This document shows, piece by piece, positions 34,140 through 42,526 of a stretch of DNA of 64,000 nt. Positions within the stretch are counted from its first letter, which is position 1; each line of letters opens with the position of its first letter. The stretch is from Patescibacteria group bacterium (GTDB lineage: Bacteria; Patescibacteriota; Saccharimonadia; Saccharimonadales; UBA4665). Below the pieces are notes generated by a model, which saw only the letters and a program-made list of their open reading frames with translations, was not told where the DNA came from and did not search any database. The stretch covers positions 75,571-139,570 of the forward strand of contig JARXKL010000001.1 of the NCBI GenBank assembly GCA_030272735.1, read 5' to 3'. Made by a program: the position numbers and the translations under genes.

Positions 34140-34214
34140 AGGGGTATAGTACAACGGTTAGTATAAAGGTCTCCAAAACCTTAGATCGTGGTTCGATTCC
34201 ACGTACCCCTGCCA
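34140..34214 (+). tRNA. tRNA-Trp (anticodon CCA), CCA encoded
   Basis: Acceptor AGGGGUA/UACCCCU, anticodon stem AAGGU/ACCUU with loop CUCCAAA, T arm CGUGG-UUCGAUU-CCACG, then G-CCA. Confidence 0.95.
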
Positions 34215-34223
34215 AATAAAAAT

Positions 34224-34251
34224 GCCGACCATCGTGTCGGCCTTTTTATTT
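34224..34251. terminator. intrinsic terminator after tRNA-Trp (A/T tracts on both sides)
   Basis: GCCGAC-CAUCGU-GUCGGC followed by CUUUUUAUUU, and preceded by AAAUAAAAAU. Confidence 0.65.
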
Positions 34252-34444
34252 GTTTGCGGTTCGCGGATCTGAACCACTCAGGCCGAAGGCCGTGGTTCGA
34301 AGATCAAAGCCACGCGCAGGTGCTTGCACCGAGCATGGCTGCAGAGCGCAAGCCGCAGGCTTATACACGCACCATTAAATAAGCCGTTCATGCTTGCATC
34401 TAATAAATTCATCGCCATAATCTATGACATAAGAGGAGTTATGT

Positions 34445-34759
34445 ATGACAGATAACAAGATTGAACTCATAAATACGGACAGCGATGGATATGTTATTCC
34501 AGGTGAAGATTGGCATAAATTTCCTACCCGAGAAAACGCATTCGGTGGTTATTGGCCTACTACATATAGAGGCTGGGGTGTATTTATCGGCGATTTAGCA
34601 TTACGTGAAAAGATGGATGACATACCAAATCGCATAATATCTGCTTTCGCAGAAGCTGCGGAGCCTCCAATAGACGGTGAAGACCTTAGCCACTTTAGCG
34701 AAGGAGTCATCATCGCAAGTTTAGTTAAAAGACATCATCGAGACACCGGAATAGTATAG
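34445..34759 (+). CDS. hypothetical 104-aa protein
   Basis: RBS AAGAGGAG. Promoter TTGCAT - 16 nt - CATAAT at 34394-34421. No recognisable family. Confidence 0.55.
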   Translation: MTDNKIELINTDSDGYVIPGEDWHKFPTRENAFGGYWPTTYRGWGVFIGDLALREKMDDIPNRIISAFAEAAEPPIDGEDLSHFSEGVIIASLVKRHHRDTGIV

Positions 34760-34812
34760 TCAAAAGGTCGGCCTGAGTGAGGGTGTTTAAAAGTGTCTGG
34801 GTTAGTATTTAC

Positions 34813-34842
34813 TTGACTAACTCAAGTATCTTAATCTAAAAT
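34813..34842 (+). promoter_or_regulatory. promoter giving a (near-)leaderless ABC transporter mRNA
   Basis: TTGACT - 18 nt - TAAAAT. The ATG begins 10 nt after the -10 hexamer and there is no SD. Confidence 0.45.
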
Positions 34843-34851
34843 TGTTTACAT

Positions 34852-35643
34852 ATGAACAATACTGCAACTTCTGACCTACCCGCCCTCCGCGTCGTTAACT
34901 TAGAAAAAACTTATGCCACAGGCACGAAGGCCCTAAACGGCATCAGCCTCAACATTCCTCAAGGTTCATTCTTCGGCCTGCTTGGTCCGAATGGTGCCGG
35001 TAAATCGACCCTAATCCACTGCATTATGGGTCTGGCAATGCCAACTGGTGGAACCGCAGAAGTCATGGGTCATGATGTTGTCAAAGACTACAGAGCAGCC
35101 CGCCAGCTCATCGGTTTAGCGCCACAAGAAGTTAACTTAGATTGGTTCCTTTCTGTTGAAGATACACTCGATTATCATGGTGGTTACTACGGTATGCGAA
35201 AAGCCGAACGCAAAGAGCGTATCGACGAGCTCCTCGAGGCATTTTCGTTAACCGAAAAGCGCAAGATTAATACAAGATTCTTATCTGGAGGCATGAAGCG
35301 TAGAGTAGTGCTGGCACGAGCGCTAATGCACCGCCCTAAAATGCTTATTCTCGATGAGCCAACCGCTGGCGTCGACGTTGAGTTAAGGCTTGAACTCTGG
35401 AAATACATGAGCCGCGTAAATAAAGAAGACAAGACAACTATTCTGTTAACGACTCATTACATTGAAGAGGCCGAGCAGCTCTGTGACCATTTAGCGCTCA
35501 TTAACGGGGGCGAAATTATTAAGACTGGCACCGGTGCAGAACTCAAAAAGCATTATAATAAAAAAACTTTAGAAGATGTGTACTTAGAACTAGTAGGTCG
35601 AGGCGAACTGACCCGTAGCAGCCTTACAGGAGCAGACAAATGA
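34852..35643 (+). CDS. ABC transporter ATP-binding protein
   Basis: Walker A GPNGAGKST, signature LSGGMKRR, Walker B ILDEPT. Confidence 0.95.
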   Translation: MNNTATSDLPALRVVNLEKTYATGTKALNGISLNIPQGSFFGLLGPNGAGKSTLIHCIMGLAMPTGGTAEVMGHDVVKDYRAARQLIGLAPQEVNLDWFLSVEDTLDYHGGYYGMRKAERKERIDELLEAFSLTEKRKINTRFLSGGMKRRVVLARALMHRPKMLILDEPTAGVDVELRLELWKYMSRVNKEDKTTILLTTHYIEEAEQLCDHLALINGGEIIKTGTGAELKKHYNKKTLEDVYLELVGRGELTRSSLTGADK

Positions 35644-36416
35644 CCCGCGTTGAATCATTACTGCCATTTTGGACCGTATTACGACGGGAGCTGACTCGCT
35701 TTTGGGGAATCAAGCGCCAGACTATTTTAGGTCCAGTGCTCGAAACGTATCTCTATATAAGTGTGTTTGGGGCAGCGCTCGGTAGCCGCATCAGCCACCT
35801 CGATGGGTACCGCTACATCGTATTCATTATTCCAGGACTGTTAATGATGAGTTTCGCAATAAATATTTTCTCAAATAATTCGTCATCACTTTTTCAGCAA
35901 AAAATGCAGCACTCTATTGATGATCAGCTGGCATCACCCGTTTCTAACACACAGCTATTGCTCGCCTACGGCATGGGCGGCTTTATACGTGCGCTGATTG
36001 TAACTGGTATTACCTACTTAACAGCACTTATTCTTGTAGATGGCCTGCCGATGGCCCATCCATTTCTCTTTATTTTAAGCTTTATTCTCATTGGACTATT
36101 CTTTGCAATGCTCGGAGTGCTCGTTGGATTACGTGCTGAAAAGTTTGACGACATTAGCCTCTACCAGACATTTATACTGCAGCCGCTTATATTCCTAGGA
36201 GGAGTGTTTTACTCAACCTCACTATTGCCGCCGTTCTTTAAAACACTTTCTCAGCTCAATCCAATCCACTACATGATAAATACGGTTCGGTATTCTATGC
36301 TTGGCAAGGCAGATGTAAACGTGGCAGTAAGCCTGTCTGTTATTGGTGCATTTGGTTTCGGTTTATTTATACTCAATTACATCTTATTCCAGCGGGGCTA
36401 TAAACTACGAAGTTAA
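35640..36416 (+). CDS. ABC-2 type transporter permease
   Basis: 258 aa, 6 TM. 4-nt overlap with the ATPase gene. Confidence 0.9.
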   Translation: MTRVESLLPFWTVLRRELTRFWGIKRQTILGPVLETYLYISVFGAALGSRISHLDGYRYIVFIIPGLLMMSFAINIFSNNSSSLFQQKMQHSIDDQLASPVSNTQLLLAYGMGGFIRALIVTGITYLTALILVDGLPMAHPFLFILSFILIGLFFAMLGVLVGLRAEKFDDISLYQTFILQPLIFLGGVFYSTSLLPPFFKTLSQLNPIHYMINTVRYSMLGKADVNVAVSLSVIGAFGFGLFILNYILFQRGYKLRS

Positions 36417-36472
36417 TGTCCATAGTGGCTATGCTTGCATAAATAACCCCTGTTATTCATAATGCTCATCTT

Positions 36473-37054
36473 ATGACTGATATTGCAGCTAACTTTCATC
36501 GAAATACCTTTGAGCAGCGTATGCTCGATGAAGTAAACAAATGTAGAGAAGAGTTTGCATTAGTTATACCGGGTGAATCCGAGATAACACTTCCTGAAGA
36601 TGCAACTATTAAGGCAGGCCTGATAATCCATCAGCCAGTTGCTATTAATGTTTGGCCTAAAGTTGTGTATGCGGAAAGTGAGCAACATGATGATTTGTCT
36701 GAAGAGTTTACGACGCTGCTGAATACCGAATTACCGACGCGCGGGATTTTTACAGTAAGGAAACCTAAAAAACATTTACCTTCAGATGTTATAGAAGCAA
36801 GTCGAGATCTTTTTCGACACCAACGTAATGTGTTAGGCGGCTATGTGCTATTGGAAAGTGATCAAACGGGAGTACTGCTTATGGAAAAATTTATTTCTAA
36901 GTTGTTATTGCTTAGGGCTGGTATAGGACTTACAGTTAGCGGTAAACGGCCTAAAGCCACTGCAGAAGAGCGAGCATTTTCTGCGATCGAACGTGCCGTA
37001 CCAAAGCGTAGACAACTACAGAAAATTATCAGACCTCAAAATCCTGATTTGTAG
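36473..37054 (+). CDS. hypothetical 193-aa protein
   Basis: ORF preceded by TTGCAT - 17 nt - CATAAT. The ATG is 10 nt after the -10 hexamer (near-leaderless). No recognisable family. Confidence 0.6.
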   Translation: MTDIAANFHRNTFEQRMLDEVNKCREEFALVIPGESEITLPEDATIKAGLIIHQPVAINVWPKVVYAESEQHDDLSEEFTTLLNTELPTRGIFTVRKPKKHLPSDVIEASRDLFRHQRNVLGGYVLLESDQTGVLLMEKFISKLLLLRAGIGLTVSGKRPKATAEERAFSAIERAVPKRRQLQKIIRPQNPDL

Positions 37055-37079
37055 TAATTTACACTGTTGTAAAAAAGCT

Positions 37080-37107
37080 TTGACTTAGTAGTCATTTGCT
37101 CTACAAT
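37080..37107 (+). promoter_or_regulatory. candidate promoter of the alpha-glucan cluster
   Basis: TTGACT - 16 nt - TACAAT, about 85 nt upstream of the 37191 start (RBS AAGAGGG). Confidence 0.5.
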
Positions 37108-37190
37108 ATAGAGGTAACGCGCTTGTGCTAGAAGTGTAAATTGCTTATACTTAAGCTAGTTAAAACCAAAGAACCTGAAAAAAGAGGGTA

Positions 37191-38396
37191 ATGAAAATAC
37201 TGATGCTAGGGTGGGAACTGCCACCTCATAACAGCGGTGGACTGGGAACAGCATGTTTGCAGCTCTGTAGAGCCCTCTCGAGACAAGATATCGATCTTGA
37301 ATTCGTTCTTCCCTACGACGCCGATCATGGCATCGACTTTATGAAAGTAACTCCAGCCCAACCACAAGGCGTGGCATCTGTTATACGATCCGGAATAGCT
37401 TATGACAGTTACAAATACGTTAATGAAGATGGTTCCGAAGAGTGGCTCAATATTTATGATCAAGTTGCCCTTTATGAAGAGTCGGTTGCAGTTTTAGTTG
37501 AAGAAAAAGAGTTTGATATTGTTCATGCACATGATTGGCTCACCTTCCGAGCGGCATTACGTGTCAAAGCACTTAAGAACTGTCCGATCATCTTGCATGT
37601 ACACTCAATCGAGGCCGACCGCGCCGGTAGCAGCTTCGGTAACCCCTTGGTGCACGAAATTGAAGCTACGTCATTTGCCCTTGCCGATCGTATTATTGCT
37701 GTTAGCCAGCACACTAAAAATTGCATTATGCGTGAGTACGGTGTGCCGGGAGATAAAATTGAAGTTATTCATAACAGCATCGAGGGAGGCGACATTGCTC
37801 CGTTGAGCGACGAAAATGCTTACAAATATCTCGAAGTAATGCGAACCCTAGGTTATCGAGTAGTCGTGAACATAGGGCGCCTAACGATTCAAAAGGGTTT
37901 AACGAATCTGTTGTTGTCGGCTAAAGAAGTCATTGAACGTGCACCGAAAACGCTCTTCTTAATTGTTGGCAGCGGTGATCAGTACTATGAACTGCTGACT
38001 CTCGCAGCTAGCCTAGGAATAGGCGATAAAGTGTTATTTACAGATTTCCAGCGTGGCAAGAACTTACGCGATGCCTACAAAGTGGCTGATCTGTTTGTGA
38101 TGCCTTCTGTATCTGAACCATTTGGTTTAACGCCGCTTGAGGCTATAAGTTTTGGGACACCGAGCCTCGTCAGCAAACAGTCTGGCGTCAGCGAAGTGCT
38201 CAGAAACAGCCTCAAAGTGGACTATTGGGATATCGATGAAATGACAAACCAAATTGTTAGCGTCGTACTAAGTGACTCTCTCAGAGACGAACTTATGCGA
38301 AATTGCGCCCTGGAATACAACAAATTGTCGTGGCATGATGCCAGCACTAAAGTAACCCAGATTTACCGCGATCACCACGTTGGAGCTAGATCATGA
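37191..38396 (+). CDS. glycogen-synthase-like GT-B glycosyltransferase
   Basis: N-terminal GWELPPHNSGGLGTA and C-terminal SEPFGLTPLEA motifs. Confidence 0.85.
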   Translation: MKILMLGWELPPHNSGGLGTACLQLCRALSRQDIDLEFVLPYDADHGIDFMKVTPAQPQGVASVIRSGIAYDSYKYVNEDGSEEWLNIYDQVALYEESVAVLVEEKEFDIVHAHDWLTFRAALRVKALKNCPIILHVHSIEADRAGSSFGNPLVHEIEATSFALADRIIAVSQHTKNCIMREYGVPGDKIEVIHNSIEGGDIAPLSDENAYKYLEVMRTLGYRVVVNIGRLTIQKGLTNLLLSAKEVIERAPKTLFLIVGSGDQYYELLTLAASLGIGDKVLFTDFQRGKNLRDAYKVADLFVMPSVSEPFGLTPLEAISFGTPSLVSKQSGVSEVLRNSLKVDYWDIDEMTNQIVSVVLSDSLRDELMRNCALEYNKLSWHDASTKVTQIYRDHHVGARS

Positions 38397-39607
38397 CCGA
38401 CACGAAAGCAATCGTCCTCTATCTGCATGTGCACCAACCATACCGCATCCGACATTACACCGTATACGACACAGCGCACAATCATAACTACTTCGAGGCA
38501 CCATACGAAGACCGGCGTAGCAACGAGCGCATACTTCATAAGGTTGCCGAGAAGTCTTATTTAGCGACCAATACCCGCCTGATGGCTATGTTAGCCGAAA
38601 ACCCCGGTTTTAAGCTGAGTATTTCTATTACAGGTACCATCATTGAACAGTTAGAACGCTGGTCTCCACAGGCGCTTAAGTCCTTCCAAGATCTATTTAA
38701 CACGGGTCGCGTGGAGATTGTTGCTGAAACCTACCATCACAGCCTGGCGTTCTTTTATTCTCGTGCAGAATTTGAGATGCAAGTGGAGATGCACAAGAAA
38801 AAAGTGCAAGAAGTTTTTGGTCAGACGCCGCGCGTTTTCCGCAATACCGAACTTTCATACAATAATGATCTTGCTGTATGGGCCGACCGCGCTGGCTACA
38901 AAGGCATTTTGACGGAGGGATGGGATCCAATTTTAGACTGGCGAACATCTAATTTTGTCTATCGTCCTACTTATACTAATCAAATTCGACTTCTCATGAA
39001 AAACTATAAGCTGAGTGATGACATTGCCTTCCGATTTGGAAATCATGATTGGGCTGAATTCCCTCTTACTGCCGATAAATTCTCGCACTGGTTATCTGAA
39101 GATGAAAACGCCACAAACTTTAATTTGTTTATGGACTATGAGACATTCGGCGAACATAATTGGCATGAATCGGGCATATTCGGGTTCCTTGAACACTTAC
39201 CCAAAGAATGGCTCAAAACAGATGGTCACAGCTTTATGACGGTATCGGAAGTAATCGATACTTTTGAGCCTGTTGACGTTATAGATGTTCCTCAAACGAT
39301 TACTTGGGCAGATACTGAGCGTGACTTAAGTGCTTGGCTCGGCAACCCAATGCAGAGCACCTCTATTCAGCAATTGTATGATTTACAAGATAGAGTTATT
39401 AGCACTAAAGACTTAGCGCTCATTGAAGATTGGCGTCGCTTACAAACATCCGATCATTTCTACTACATGTGCACGAAGTATTTCAACGACGGTGACATTC
39501 ATGCGTACTTTAGTCCTTACGAAACGCCATACGAGGCATACATTAACTTTATGAATGCTTACCGCGATATAATTTACCGATTGACGGAGCACGGAGTCAT
39601 GACATGA
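38393..39607 (+). CDS. glycoside hydrolase family 57 (amylase/branching-enzyme-like)
   Basis: HVHQPYR N-terminal signature and a GH57-type catalytic region (WTEGWD.., E..GEH). Confidence 0.8.
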   Translation: MTDTKAIVLYLHVHQPYRIRHYTVYDTAHNHNYFEAPYEDRRSNERILHKVAEKSYLATNTRLMAMLAENPGFKLSISITGTIIEQLERWSPQALKSFQDLFNTGRVEIVAETYHHSLAFFYSRAEFEMQVEMHKKKVQEVFGQTPRVFRNTELSYNNDLAVWADRAGYKGILTEGWDPILDWRTSNFVYRPTYTNQIRLLMKNYKLSDDIAFRFGNHDWAEFPLTADKFSHWLSEDENATNFNLFMDYETFGEHNWHESGIFGFLEHLPKEWLKTDGHSFMTVSEVIDTFEPVDVIDVPQTITWADTERDLSAWLGNPMQSTSIQQLYDLQDRVISTKDLALIEDWRRLQTSDHFYYMCTKYFNDGDIHAYFSPYETPYEAYINFMNAYRDIIYRLTEHGVMT

Positions 39608-39623
39608 AAACAAGGGGGGCATA

Positions 39624-41543
39624 ATGGGGCGACCAGTAGTATTGAGTAATGGGCAGCTTTTTGTTGGGCTCGATGAAAGCGGTTTAGTTCATGACTTTTA
39701 CTACCCGTATGTCGGCCTTGAAAACCTGACCAATGCACGTAGCAGTCAGCATAAGATAGGCGTATGGGTTAATAATCGGTTTTCATGGACTGATGACGGT
39801 TCATGGAAAATCCATGTTGATTTTGAAGATGATGCGCTTATTAGTAACATCAGTATGCGCTCTGAATCGCTTCAGATAACTTTGCAGCTACGCGATTTCA
39901 TAGATAGTGACAACAATTCGTTTATCCGTAATATAACTATTTCAAATGAATCTGACTCTAACCGCGATATTCGCTTGTTTATGCACCAAGTCTTTCAGAT
40001 ATCCCGCGCCGGGCGTGCCGATACCGCTATTTATGTGCCCGATGAACATTATTTACTCGATTACAAAGGTAGATTCTGTCTCCTCATAGCGGGCCAGTTC
40101 GAAGATGATACTAATTTTGATCAATACGCTGTAGGTAATTATGCTATCGAAGGTAAAGCTGGCACCTACCTCGATGCGCTTGACGGTGAATTATCAGGAA
40201 ATGCCGTAGAACATGGCGGAGTAGACAGTGTTCTGCGCTTCCAAAAAGAAGTACCTGCTGGTGAGTCCGTTGCCCTCGACTATTGGATAGTGGCTGGTAG
40301 TACCCAAAATGACGTAGAAGCAGTCCATGTACAGTACAAGCGACAAGCAATGGCCGACCGTGTGCGTCACGTTCGCCAAAATTGGCAGGAGTGGATTGGT
40401 GGAGGAGATGTCGAGTTGCCTGATTTCCATAAGCGAAGCCTGCAGCACAGCATGATGATAATTAAAGCCCATTGTGATGACCGTGGCTCGGTACTCGCTA
40501 GCGGTGATTCAAGCATATTTAACTATGGTCGCGATTATTACTGCTACTGCTGGCCTCGAGATGCAGCTTATGCCCTTTGGCCTCTGATACGCCTCGGTCA
40601 TCTAGACGAAGCCCGACAATCACTTGAGTTCTTCCGCGATACCATGCACCCTGATGGGTATTTGATGCATAAATACCAACCAGACCGTGCCATTGGCAGC
40701 ACCTGGCACCCGCTCGTCCACGGACACCGCAAAGAGTTAGCCATACAAGAAGATGAAACAGCTAGCATTCTGTTTATGATCGGTGAATTATATGAGGCGT
40801 CAGAAGACATAGCATTGGTTGAGAGTATGTATGCCAGTTTCATTCAGCCTTGCGCCAATTTTATGACTAAGTTTATAGATAAGGAAACTGGTTTACCGCA
40901 TGCCACCTATGATTTGTGGGAAGAAAAGTTCTTAACCACTACCTATACGGTTTGCACGGTGATTGCTGGTCTTATGACGGCTTCTAAGCTCGCTAAAGTT
41001 CTAGAACGAGCGCATGACGCTATCACCTGGCAACAAGCCGCAGAGGGCATTAAAGCCAACCTGAATAAGCTCTATCATCCCGACGGGTACTTTAGGAAAG
41101 GCTTTTTACTACACGAGGATGGTTCGATAGACTACGATGACACTATGGACATTTCTAGCTTATACGGACCCTTTATGTATGCTGGCTTAGCAATGGATGA
41201 CGAACGTCTTATAAGCACAGCTAAGCATGTCGAAGAAAGAATTTTGAATACTTCACCTGCGGGCGGGGTTATTCGCTACGAAAACGATAATTACTTCCTG
41301 ACAAAGCGTGAATACAAAGGTAATCCGTGGATAGTAAGTACGTTATGGCTTGCGCAGTACTACGCAACTGCCGGTCAGACGGAGAAAGCACAAGAGTTGC
41401 TGGAATGGGCATTAGCCCGAGAACTACCAAGTGGTGTGCTTAGCGAACAGTTTGATCCTGCAGATGGTTCGCCATTAGGTGTCACTCCTCTGGTATGGAG
41501 CCACGCAGAACTCGTAAATACCATTCTAGACCTCAGCAAGTAG
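39624..41543 (+). CDS. glycoside hydrolase family 15 (glucoamylase/glucodextranase-like)
   Basis: CWPRDAAY and LWEE catalytic-region motifs, (alpha/alpha)6 barrel C-terminal half, and a beta-sandwich N domain. Confidence 0.85.
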   Translation: MGRPVVLSNGQLFVGLDESGLVHDFYYPYVGLENLTNARSSQHKIGVWVNNRFSWTDDGSWKIHVDFEDDALISNISMRSESLQITLQLRDFIDSDNNSFIRNITISNESDSNRDIRLFMHQVFQISRAGRADTAIYVPDEHYLLDYKGRFCLLIAGQFEDDTNFDQYAVGNYAIEGKAGTYLDALDGELSGNAVEHGGVDSVLRFQKEVPAGESVALDYWIVAGSTQNDVEAVHVQYKRQAMADRVRHVRQNWQEWIGGGDVELPDFHKRSLQHSMMIIKAHCDDRGSVLASGDSSIFNYGRDYYCYCWPRDAAYALWPLIRLGHLDEARQSLEFFRDTMHPDGYLMHKYQPDRAIGSTWHPLVHGHRKELAIQEDETASILFMIGELYEASEDIALVESMYASFIQPCANFMTKFIDKETGLPHATYDLWEEKFLTTTYTVCTVIAGLMTASKLAKVLERAHDAITWQQAAEGIKANLNKLYHPDGYFRKGFLLHEDGSIDYDDTMDISSLYGPFMYAGLAMDDERLISTAKHVEERILNTSPAGGVIRYENDNYFLTKREYKGNPWIVSTLWLAQYYATAGQTEKAQELLEWALARELPSGVLSEQFDPADGSPLGVTPLVWSHAELVNTILDLSK

Positions 41544-41553
41544 CATATAAATT

Positions 41554-41583
41554 AACACCTCGCTATCCTGCGAGGTGTTTTTG
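41554..41583. terminator. intrinsic terminator between the convergent GH15 gene and rpmG
   Basis: AACACCUCGC-UAUCCU-GCGAGGUGUU followed by UUUU. Confidence 0.65.
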
Positions 41584-41599
41584 ATAAGGCTAAAGCTGC

Positions 41600-41800
41600 T
41601 TATCGCTTTGGCGCTTCGTTTCGGCCGAGGTTCTTTTTGGTTTCAGTAAAAAGAACGTGCTTACGAAGTTTAGGACTGTACTTTTTAAGTTCTAGCTTGT
41701 CAGGAGTGTTCATAGTGTTCTTAGTAGTGTAATAGAGACGCTCACCGCTCTCCTCAGAGATCATACCAATGATTTTGCGCTTATCGCCTTTTTTAGCCAT
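41600..41800 (-). CDS. rpmG: 50S ribosomal protein L33 (Cys-less form)
   Basis: [48 protein letters not shown] matches L33, with all four zinc Cys replaced. Confidence 0.9.
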   Translation of the reverse strand: MAKKGDKRKIIGMISEESGERLYYTTKNTMNTPDKLELKKYSPKLRKHVLFTETKKNLGRNEAPKR

Positions 41801-41869
41801 ATAATTAGAACCTTTATAAACTTAGTTGTATGTATACTAACAGATACAGAGTCGGTTGTAAATGCTTAG

Positions 41870-41906
41870 CTTCAAAACAAAAATACCGACTGATCAGGTC
41901 GGTATT
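41870..41906 (-). terminator. intrinsic terminator after tRNA-Thr(UGU)
   Basis: Minus strand: AAUACCGAC-CUGAUCA-GUCGGUAUU followed by UUUGUUUUG. Confidence 0.6.
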
Positions 41907-42032
41907 GCTGTTTTTACTTCGTGCACGTGTAAAAATTGTTTGTAAAGTGTAATTCTTTTGGTTTTACTTCTTTACTACGCTTATGGTAATCCTACAAATA
42001 TGTTTTGTCAACAGTTTTTTATTATTGCAATT

Positions 42033-42107
42033 TGGAGCCACCTGTCGGTTTCGAACCGACGACCTGCTGTTTACAAAACAGCTGCTCTACCGCTGAGCTA
42101 AGGTGGC
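42033..42107 (-). tRNA. tRNA-Thr (anticodon UGU), CCA encoded
   Basis: The reverse complement folds as a cloverleaf: acceptor GCCACCU/AGGUGGC, anticodon loop UUUGUAA, T arm GUCGG-UUCGAAA-CCGAC. Confidence 0.95.
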
Positions 42108-42296
42108 ATATGTGACTGAGTCTACTCGATAGATTCTAGCAGTTTGGGGCTTTCAACTCAAGCGTCAGATCTATCTTCGTCATCTTATGAGACTTCAACA
42201 TCACGTTTATTTGAAGTTGCATATAAATCACTTATTACTTCTGAGGCCTAATACTTTAATAAACCTACGAAATTTGCTATGATGGGCCAGTTACCT

Positions 42297-42371
42297 GCCA
42301 CCTTAGCTCAGGGGTAGAGCGCATCCATGGTAAGGATGAGGTCGTGGGTTCAAATCCCACAGGTGGCTCCA
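42297..42371 (+). tRNA. tRNA-Thr (anticodon GGU), CCA encoded
   Basis: Acceptor GCCACCU/AGGUGGC, anticodon stem CAUCC/GGAUG with loop AUGGUAA, T arm GUGGG-UUCAAAU-CCCAC. Confidence 0.95.
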
Positions 42372-42378
42372 AACATTT

Positions 42379-42463
42379 GCAGGGTTAGTGAAGCGGTCAA
42401 ACACAGCAGACTGTAAATCTGCCCTCTACGAGTTCGGAGGTTCGAATCCTCCACCCTGCACCA
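42379..42463 (+). tRNA. tRNA-Tyr (anticodon GUA), long variable arm, CCA encoded
   Basis: Acceptor GCAGGGU/ACCCUGC, anticodon loop CUGUAAA, variable arm, T arm GGAGG-UUCGAAU-CCUCC. Confidence 0.95.
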
Positions 42464-42470
42464 ATATAAG

Positions 42471-42493
42471 AACCGGCATAATGCCGGTTTTTG
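42471..42493 (+). terminator. intrinsic terminator after tRNA-Tyr
   Basis: AACCGGC-AUAAU-GCCGGUU followed by UUUUG. Confidence 0.6.
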
Positions 42494-42526
42494 TATATCT
42501 TTGATCTTGAACTATACTGAAAGTTA

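Noticed and set aside
34048-34215. N-terminal 56 codons of ORF 33388..34215(-) and ORF 34188..34382(+)
   Set aside because: They overlap tRNA-Trp and its terminator. The P-loop protein has a sensible start at 34047 (MAKIYPSKPF) directly before its Walker A motif.
42033-42371. Divergent tRNA-Thr genes sharing identical acceptor stems, D arms and 3' ends, as an inverted repeat of a mobile element
   Set aside because: They are two complete isoacceptors (UGU and GGU) with different anticodon and T arms. The similarity is the expected identity-element conservation. No element genes lie between them.
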